The translations under genes were made by a program, and so were the position numbers. DNA of 60,019 bases, filler included, from Squatina squatina (Eukaryota): assembly GCA_031763465.1 (NCBI GenBank). It is 3 parts of 3 records of this genome, joined end to end, with 100 filler letters (N's around TTAATTAATTAA, not from the genome) between each part and the next. Parts side by side here need not be neighbours in the genome. Positions count along the whole stretch, not along the records: positions 38,011 to 60,019 come from JARFOE010000016.1; 2 more parts are not named here. The stretch is one strand, 5' to 3'. The notes under the pieces are model-generated. The model saw only the letters and a list, made by a program, of their open reading frames with translations, ran no database searches and had not been told where the DNA came from. Below, piece after piece: positions 52,466 to 60,019 of this stretch (its first letter is position 1; the number at the start of each line of letters is the position of its first letter).

Positions 52466-53989
52466 NNNNNNNNNNNNNNNNNNNNNNNNNNNNNNNNNNN
52501 NNNNNNNNNNNNNNNNNNNNNNNNNNNNNNNNNNNNNNNNNNNNNNNNNNNNNNNNNNNNNNNNNCACCCATACCACAGAGGGAAAGAAGCTGTCCGAAA
52601 ATTAAAAAAAAAATACATGAACTGAAAAAATAAAGTTTCACCTTCTTTAGAGTTCCCTTTTTATATATATATATATATATATTTATAAAAAAAAATATAA
52701 AAACAGATAAAGAAATTATTCAATTCTAACTGATGCGGTTTATCATATGTAACAATTTGTAAATACAATGGCTGAAACTCATTGTTCAAATGGGAAGAAA
52801 ATGATCAAATGGAATGGACTACAAATCTTATGTTAAAAAAAGTTTTAACCAATGTCACTAAATGAACATCAATTGCATTGTGGTTTACATCCAAACATGT
52901 GATTATGTTACATATGATACCCTGATGCAATACTGCAAGATGAGTAATTATACAGTGGTTTATACAGTCAAGAAGTAGGACGTATAACAGCCCATTCAAA
53001 GCTACAGTTTGATCTTTGCAATCCATTCTTATGATGGCTGATGGAGATTTCTGTCTTCATGAAATTTGCTCATAATTAGGCTACTATGTTCAATTTTAAC
53101 AGACAGCAGTTATTTAATCCATAGTACCTTAGTAGGCAGAACGTAGAAAGGAACTAAGTCTTGTGCTAATTTTATTTTAATATTAGAAAGATTACTTTTT
53201 CAAAAATGTTCTTCCTCAGAATCAGACAGCGAATTNNNNNNNNNNNNNNNNNNNNNNNNNNNNNNNNNNNNNNNNNNNNNNNNNNNNNNNNNNNNNNNNN
53301 NNNNNNNNNNNNNNNNNNNNNNNNNNNNNNNNNNNAATAGGACGGTGGAACAGCCAAAACTTCGGCAATATGCAACATGGTACCAACAGTGCAACTTCTG
53401 AAATCAGTTTCTCCCTTAGACCACTGCTTTAATTCATTCAGTCAGCCATGTGTTTTAAAGTTGATGCTCTAACCCCCTAATAAGCGGTGAATTTAGTTTC
53501 CAGTTGGTTATTTTCACAGGTGCTTGGCCCCGTCTGCTATCTAAGGTGGATGTAAAAAATCCTNNNNNNNNNNCTACATTACAACAGTGACTACACTTCA
53601 AAAAACTTAAGTTTTTCTTTCTTAGTCGGTAAGCACTCATCTTGGTCTGCTGGTCAAGACTGTTTAAAACTGAAGCCTTGGATGTGGCAGATTCAACAAA
53701 TAATCTCTCGCGTCCCCTTTCCTCAGCAACAATGCTTTGAAAATTTAAATCCTGTGCTATCCATGAACAGGCATATTGGAATAAAATGCTTTGCTACACA
53801 TTTTTAAACTAATGCTGTTAAGTGGAAACAAAGCTCTGGTCAATTAGTTCTTTATTTCATACTATCAATCGTATCATGGCTTGATTTCAATACATTAATC
53901 TGGGGAAATTCTAAATGTTAGTTCTGGACTGTTTGATATGCTGTCATTTTAATTGCTCCAAATTTGCAGTAGAACATATATAAACTTAC

Positions 53990-54086
53990 AGTAAAGAGCA
54001 CAAAGAATTTTTGATTGTTCTCTCCAACACAGTTGTTCACCCAAGGACAATGGTGGTCCATCTTCCGGATGCACCTTTTACAAATA
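53990..54086 (-). CDS. ZDHHC7: Palmitoyltransferase ZDHHC7, DHHC exon
   Basis: AAAACAG|97 nt|GTAAGT; [32 protein letters not shown]. Confidence 0.92.
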
Positions 54087-55647
54087 CTGTTTTTGCGAAG
54101 AAAGAAAAAAAGCTATTACACAATAAAAATGTTTAGCCGAGAAATGCAGCACTGATTATCAAGCAAGCACACATTTATACTTCATAATACTCCTCAGACA
54201 TTTTTCAAAACACTGACAATCTTATTAAGATAATGGCCTGGACATTACCAACCAATGCTGTCAAAATGTTATTTTGCCCTTTATTAGTGTTTGACCACCT
54301 TTACAATTGTAACTGAGCTTCCACACAGCTGTGGATGTCACCTATTAAGATTTCCTTTTTCTGGTTATCTCATCAACAATAACTGTGTGAATTAGAGCTC
54401 CAATATTACAGGGATAATATTCTTGAAGCTGCAGTAATTTAACAGTTCACAAGCTTTGAAAATGTACTAACGATCACAAGCTTAGATGCCAAGCAGCCCT
54501 GTTTAGACTGGAAGAACAAGTACTAATGTATATATACATAATATCTTGTGTTATTGTATGCAGAACTAGAAGGCTGGGATCTTATGTAAAGATGAAGGTA
54601 CTTATAAAAATGATTTTTTAATAAAGTTGTATGAGGTCAGTAGCAATTCTTAAATAATTTTGAGGACAGGAATTAATTGAAATAAAACACCCACGTTGCT
54701 ACCTTATCAGCATTTTTTGTGCTCTATTGTTATCAGCAGCTTAAATTAAAAGATTTTAACATCTCCTTAAAGAAAAAGTGAGTTAATACACTCTGAAATG
54801 TGTCAGCTCGGGTACTGATACATACAGTGAATTTGCCTTTAATTAATGAAAGTACAGCTGTTGTTATAGCTAGGAAGAGTCAGCTGAATCTCCTTTTTGT
54901 TGCATTAATTCTTGCAATCTGCGTTTTCCTCAAAGCTTCACTTGAGACAAAGATTGTGCTGTGATGCAAAGTCTAATCCAGTGCAACAGTACTTTATTAC
55001 ACCTGTCTTAACTGACAGATGGGTAATAATGTGATGAGTGATGCTTTTAAATCATCCAGAAGAAAGGTGATGCAGTGTGATGCCTTGAAAGTGTTTTGAC
55101 AGATTGCAGAGATTTTGTTGTATACTTACCCAGGAAGAAGTGCGCTGACAAAATCGTTTAAAGTGCACAACTAAGTTATTTGGAAGGTACCATTTTGTAT
55201 TTGTAATCACAGGTGAGGATAAAGGCAAACCATGCAAGAAATATGAGCCTGAATTTGGTTAGTCCTTCCAAGCTTGGCCAACACTGAATTTTGGGTTCAA
55301 ATGAGAGCGAAAGTTTATGAATCTAAAAGCCACTGGGAGAGATTTAGGGCCTGAAATTGGGAACATTTTAGCGCCTCTTTCTCGCCTTATGAAGACGTGA
55401 TGGNNNNNNNNNNNNNNNNNNNNNNNNNNNNNNNNNNNNNNNNNNNNNNNNNNNNNNNNNNNNNNNNNNNNNNNNNNNNNNNNNNNNNNNNNNNNNNNNN
55501 NNNAATTATTGACCTTTCTGTCAATAACACTACAGTTCCACAGTGATCCCTAGTACAGATCAAGGACCTGATATAAATGGAATGATCAGGCACATTAATT
55601 ATAATTGCATTAAAAGCTTTCTTTTTGAAGTATAGACTGTACAATAC

Positions 55648-55772
55648 CTGCAATGGTGAGCTCGCTCTGGCTTAATACTGCAACATTTTGGGCACTTATA
55701 GATCACCTCCCCTGGTTTCAGCTGTAGACTCTCCATATACTCTTTTGTGGCATTGCCCTTAGGCACAGCACC
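55648..55772 (-). CDS. ZDHHC7: ZDHHC7 exon
   Basis: TTTTCCCCACAG|125 nt|GTATTG; [41 protein letters not shown]; EYMES, GEVIY and PERA favour ZDHHC7 over ZDHHC3; phases join the DHHC exon. Confidence 0.92.
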
Positions 55773-58700
55773 CTGTGGGGAAAAAAAAATTAAAACAAAA
55801 AAAAACATTAAAACTAAGTCAAAACCAGAAATATAACTGAGCAAGACAATTAACAATATCATGCAACTCAACACAAACTGAAAAGTAAACACAGCTCAAA
55901 ATCAGTAGGAATAAAGTTTATACCTTTAACTCATTGCCAATCTTCGTATGGGACAATTTATAGAATCCTACACTCATTCACTAACTATAACTATGGGACA
56001 AAATANNNNNNNNNNNNNNNNNNNNNNNNNNNNNNNNNNNNNNNNNNNNNNNNNNNNNNNNNNNNNNNNNNNNNNNNNNNNNNNNNNNNNNNNNNNNNNN
56101 NNNNNNNNNNNNNNNNNNNNNNNNNNNNNNNNNNNNNNNNNNNNNNNNNNNNNNNNNNNNNNNNNNNNNNNNNNNNNNNNNNNNNNNNNNNNNNNNNNNN
56201 NNNNNNNNNNNNNNNNNNNNNNNNNNNNNNNNNNNNNNNNNNNNNNNNNNNNNNNNNNNNNNNNNNNNNNNNNNNNNNNNNNNNNNNNNNNNNNNNNNNN
56301 NNNNNNNNNNNNNNNNNNNNNNNNNNNNNNNNNNNNNNNNNNNNNNNNNNNNNNNNNNNNNNNNNNNNNNNNNNNNNNNNNNNNNNNNNNNNNNNNNNNN
56401 NNNNNNNNNNNNNNNNNNNNNNNNNNNNNNNNNNNNNNNNNNNNNNNNNNNNNNNNNNNNNNNNNNNNNNNNNNNNNNNNNNNNNNNNNNNNNNNNNNNN
56501 NNNNNNNNNNNNNNNNNNNNNNNNNNNNNNNNNNNNNNNNNNNNNNNNNNNNNNNNNNNNNNNNNNNNNNNNNNNNNNNNNNNNNNNNNNNNNNNNNNNN
56601 NNNNNNNNNNNNNNNNNNNNNNNNNNNNNNNNNNNNNNNNNNNNNNNNNNNNNNNNNNNNNNNNNNNNNNNNNNNNNNNNNNNNNNNNNNNNNNNNNNNN
56701 NNNNNNNNNNNNNNNNNNNNNNNNNNNNNNNNNNNNNNNNNNNNNNNNNNNNNNNNNNNNNNNNNNNNNNNNNNNNNNNNNNNNNNNTATAGAAACATAT
56801 GTAACTGAAACTCCTTCATGTTCATCCACACCCTTTAATGTCTTTCCATTAAGTATATCCTCCCAGTCCTTGTTTTTTTTCTCCCAAAGGGTATTACCTC
56901 ACACTTATTCAGTCTGAGCAACATCCATTTACCCTAACTCCCATCAGTCAATACAACTTTCTATCCATACTGCTACATTACTTTTAACATATTCTTGATG
57001 TTTTCTAACATGCCTCGTGAGACAACCTATGAATAGTAACTATCACATGGTTGTCATGCCCTACTGGATTGGCATGCTCTGAATTAAACAATTTTTTTTT
57101 CAAACATCCTCTAGCAATAAACTTCTCTTTGAATGATTTTTGGCTGTTCAGTTTGTCTTTTGATAACAGAAATTTGGCTGCATTGTCAAAACTGTTCAGA
57201 TTTATTTGCTATGACACCCACGGTAGATATTCTGGGCTGTTGCAATTTTCTGATTGCTCCCCGCTCCATAAATCAAATAAATCGCTCTCTGTTAACACAG
57301 AAGAATTTCTGATTTGTTCGTCCCAGATTTCTGAAGACAATGTCAACTGAGGAAGAATTTAAACATAGGGTAACTGGGCTAAGTGCTTGCTTGAATGTTC
57401 CATGACTAATCTATTAAAATCTCATTCTGAAATAATATTGAACTTTACAAGGGTTGGTAATGGCTAATGATTGAAAAGAAAGTTTTTCTTTACGCAGTTA
57501 TCTTGACTAAAACCAACAAAAATCTACGGCCATGATTTGTCTCACAAGTTACTGCTTATGTGCTTGCATTCCATTTAATTTATGGTAATCTCAATTACTA
57601 TTTTCCATTTAATTAATTTTATTTAAAAGGAATATCTGGTACTGCTGTAAATATTTTATGAAACCATTAGGTAACATACAGTGACATATCATATATTAAG
57701 TCAACAGGCTGCACAGTTCAATGCATACTATGTCAAGTGCAATACATTGAGGCACTGAGCTGAATTAATTTAGACAATATGATCAATGAAGTCAAATGAA
57801 AAATCCTATTTGGGGAGGAAACAAGTAAAGAATGCCAATAGACAGAAAAATCTGATTTTCAGTCTTTTTTGATAATGCTGGAGCATATTTTGAGAATGCA
57901 GCACAAATGGGAGCAAAGTGGGAAATGTATTCCTATTTTTCAGCATGTCTACCATTCACACAAAATGTGCTTTCCGTTTCTTTTTTGGAGCATTCAGCAC
58001 TTGATGTTTTGCTTAAAGAACAAGTGGGTTTCACAGATTTACAGTCATTCCTCTTTTCTATGTACGGCAAGATTATATTAATGGATTACAACAAATACTC
58101 TGGGAGCTCAAGAATATAGTAGTTAAGATAATGCAATTCCTAATTCTCATAGATCTGAATTTAATTCGGTTCAGTTCTGATAGATCAATATTTATGACTT
58201 GTTATCTAAACATTATTCTTTAACTCACACTAATATACAACTCTTGTGCACAACAATTAGTTAGTTTAGATCTTTAAAAAAAATTATTTGTCGGAATCAC
58301 AAAAGTTCTCCAACATAAAATTGACTTCAGGACTGACACTTAGATAGATTCAAATTATTAAAATGCAAATGAATTTATTATTAAAATTTATTAGTGGAAA
58401 AAATATGTAGTGCAGTCCTGTAGCTGGACAAAATTTGAATAAGCCATTAAAACCTTGGTTTGGCAACTAAATAATTGAGTTGAAAAATTGTTTCCCATGT
58501 CTGCTTAATGGTTGTAAACGTGGATAGCTTAAATAGGGAAGTGAATAGCTTCAAGTATACTGAAACACGAGCTACGTTCACGGTGATATACCCGGCAACG
58601 AAACAAAACATCTGGTCACCAAAGGTGGTTATCTGGTGGCCATTAGGGGGGATTCCTTGATTCACAGAAATTTCCCACAGTGCACTCCCTGGAGGTCGCT

Positions 58701-59144
58701 TCACTGGGAGCACTGGATCGTGGAATTACCCCTACTGTATCCAACAAATAGCGTTAAGGTATATTTAACTGGACTATTACCTGAAACTTTGTCTTATTTA
58801 CTTCATTGTACCTCATTTCCCTTTTCATATTTCTTTGATACATTGCAATGACTGGAACTATTTTTCTTTTGAAACTTTAGTTGGAAAAAAAGGTTAGGAA
58901 ACTTAAATCCACATCAGAACAAGAGCAGCCTGATTATGCTTATGCTGCCTTGATAATCTAGAAAGCAAGTGAACATACCATTAATACATCCCTCATATTG
59001 CTTCACTCAATTTTTAACCAATAAAGTATGAATAAATAGTCCACTGTACCAATGACCATAACCTATTCAGAACTATGTTGCTCACAAATTATGAGGTCAA
59101 CTCAACCACGTTATATATAATTTCCTCCCAAAATATGCTCTGAG

Positions 59145-59145
<1 letters not shown>

Positions 59146-59173
<28 letters not shown>
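59146..59173. repeat. (TA)n microsatellite
   Basis: About 14 TA units; another run near 52662-52682. Confidence 0.9.
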
Positions 59174-59175
<2 letters not shown>

Positions 59176-59339
59176 TATCGACTAAACAACCACGCCATTA
59201 AGTTGACAATTTTCCTCAGTGCAAAGAATTACTGTTTAAGGTAAGTTTATAATAATCACCCTATGGAGCAAATGTTTGTAACTGTTCAATATGTCAATAT
59301 AAGATGAATAAGTTTAAGCTGAAACAAATAAATTTGTTT

Positions 59340-59605
59340 CCTTTTTCCCACCCATTTTTCTCTTCCCCCTCCTGAAATTATTGACTTCTTCCTGAGGCAT
59401 GGCTCCATGAATGTTGGTTACCTCCCTTTCCCCATGGTACATGCCCAGGGTGCTATTCCTTACATGTGTGAATACAGGCTATGTGTGTCAGCAGGCTATT
59501 GAATTTTGAGGAGCCAAACATGATCCTGTCTTCACGTTATGTACACAAACACTAACTGCAGGGTGACTGGGACAGAGACCCTGGCCAATTTCCCCACTAA
59601 CTCAG
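59340..59605 (-). mobile_element. Old SINE-like family copy
   Basis: GCAGGCTATT, ATCCTGTCTTCAC and CCCTGGC are reverse complements of motifs in 43560-43940. Confidence 0.5.
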
Positions 59606-59612
59606 TGATACT

Positions 59613-59908
59613 GGGCTGGATTTTAACTCGGAGGCTGGGAGGGAGCTGGATTGAGGTCGGGAAACCTGGAAGGTCGGGGAACCCCATGCGTTGCTGATTT
59701 TTAATGGCAGGAGCTAATCCGCCTCCAACCCACTCACTTCCAGTTTTAATGGAGATAGAACGGGGTCGGGCAACCAACCTGCTCGCAGGAGGCAGGTTGG
59801 CAATTTAAATATTAATGAGGCTGGGAGCTTCACATTTAACCACCATTTTAAATTAAACCCTGGTCGGCCGGGTTTCGCAGGCCTCGGGAAATCCGGCGGC
59901 TAAAGGGA
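59613..59908. mobile_element. GC-rich Harbinger-like MITE end
   Basis: Starts GGGCTGGATTTTAAC; internal inverted GGGAAACC/GGTTTC and TTTTAA motifs. Confidence 0.55.
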
Positions 59909-60010
59909 GGTCACCTGCCCTAATTTCGCCTTATGCAGCTCAGTGTCAAATTTTTTATCTCATAATACTCCTGCGAAGCACCTTGGGCGTTATATAAATA
60001 CAAGTTCTGG
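59909..60010 (+). mobile_element. L2-type LINE 3' end
   Basis: Reverse complement of 21760-21873. Confidence 0.75.
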
Positions 60011-60019
60011 TTGAGCTGA

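Noticed and set aside
55948-56831. ORFs of about 285 aa
   Set aside because: Almost entirely N.

Overview
Vertebrate nuclear DNA, most likely a cartilaginous fish (inferred from the repeat repertoire and a retained HNF4-beta gene). It comes from a fragmented draft assembly with many fixed 100-N gaps. Two artificial N-flanked TTAATTAATTAA linkers (13822-13833, 37955-37966) split the window into three unrelated scaffolds. Segment 1 (1-13777) is mostly repeats with two unidentified candidate exons. Segment 2 (13878-37910) holds exons of HIKESHI (+), CCDC81 (+) and malic enzyme ME3 (-), the same order as human 11q14. Segment 3 (38011-60019) holds exons of HNF4B (+; lost in mammals) and the DHHC palmitoyltransferase ZDHHC7 (-). 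The rest is decayed CR1, L2, RTE and Penelope retroelements, SINEs, microsatellites and many PIF/Harbinger remnants. Fragments across all three scaffolds support one convergent two-gene Harbinger layout: TIR, transposase, spliced Myb/SANT gene on the opposite strand, TIR, plus GC-rich MITE derivatives. Other leads are a LINE tail that appears to supply the branch point of an HNF4B exon, a perfect 23-bp hairpin in an ME3 intron, and a hAT MITE with an 8-bp TSD nested in another element. I could not establish a clearly new biological system. Exon coordinates were read from splice sites; repeat boundaries are approximate, and family and gene assignments rest on recalled sequences, not database searches.
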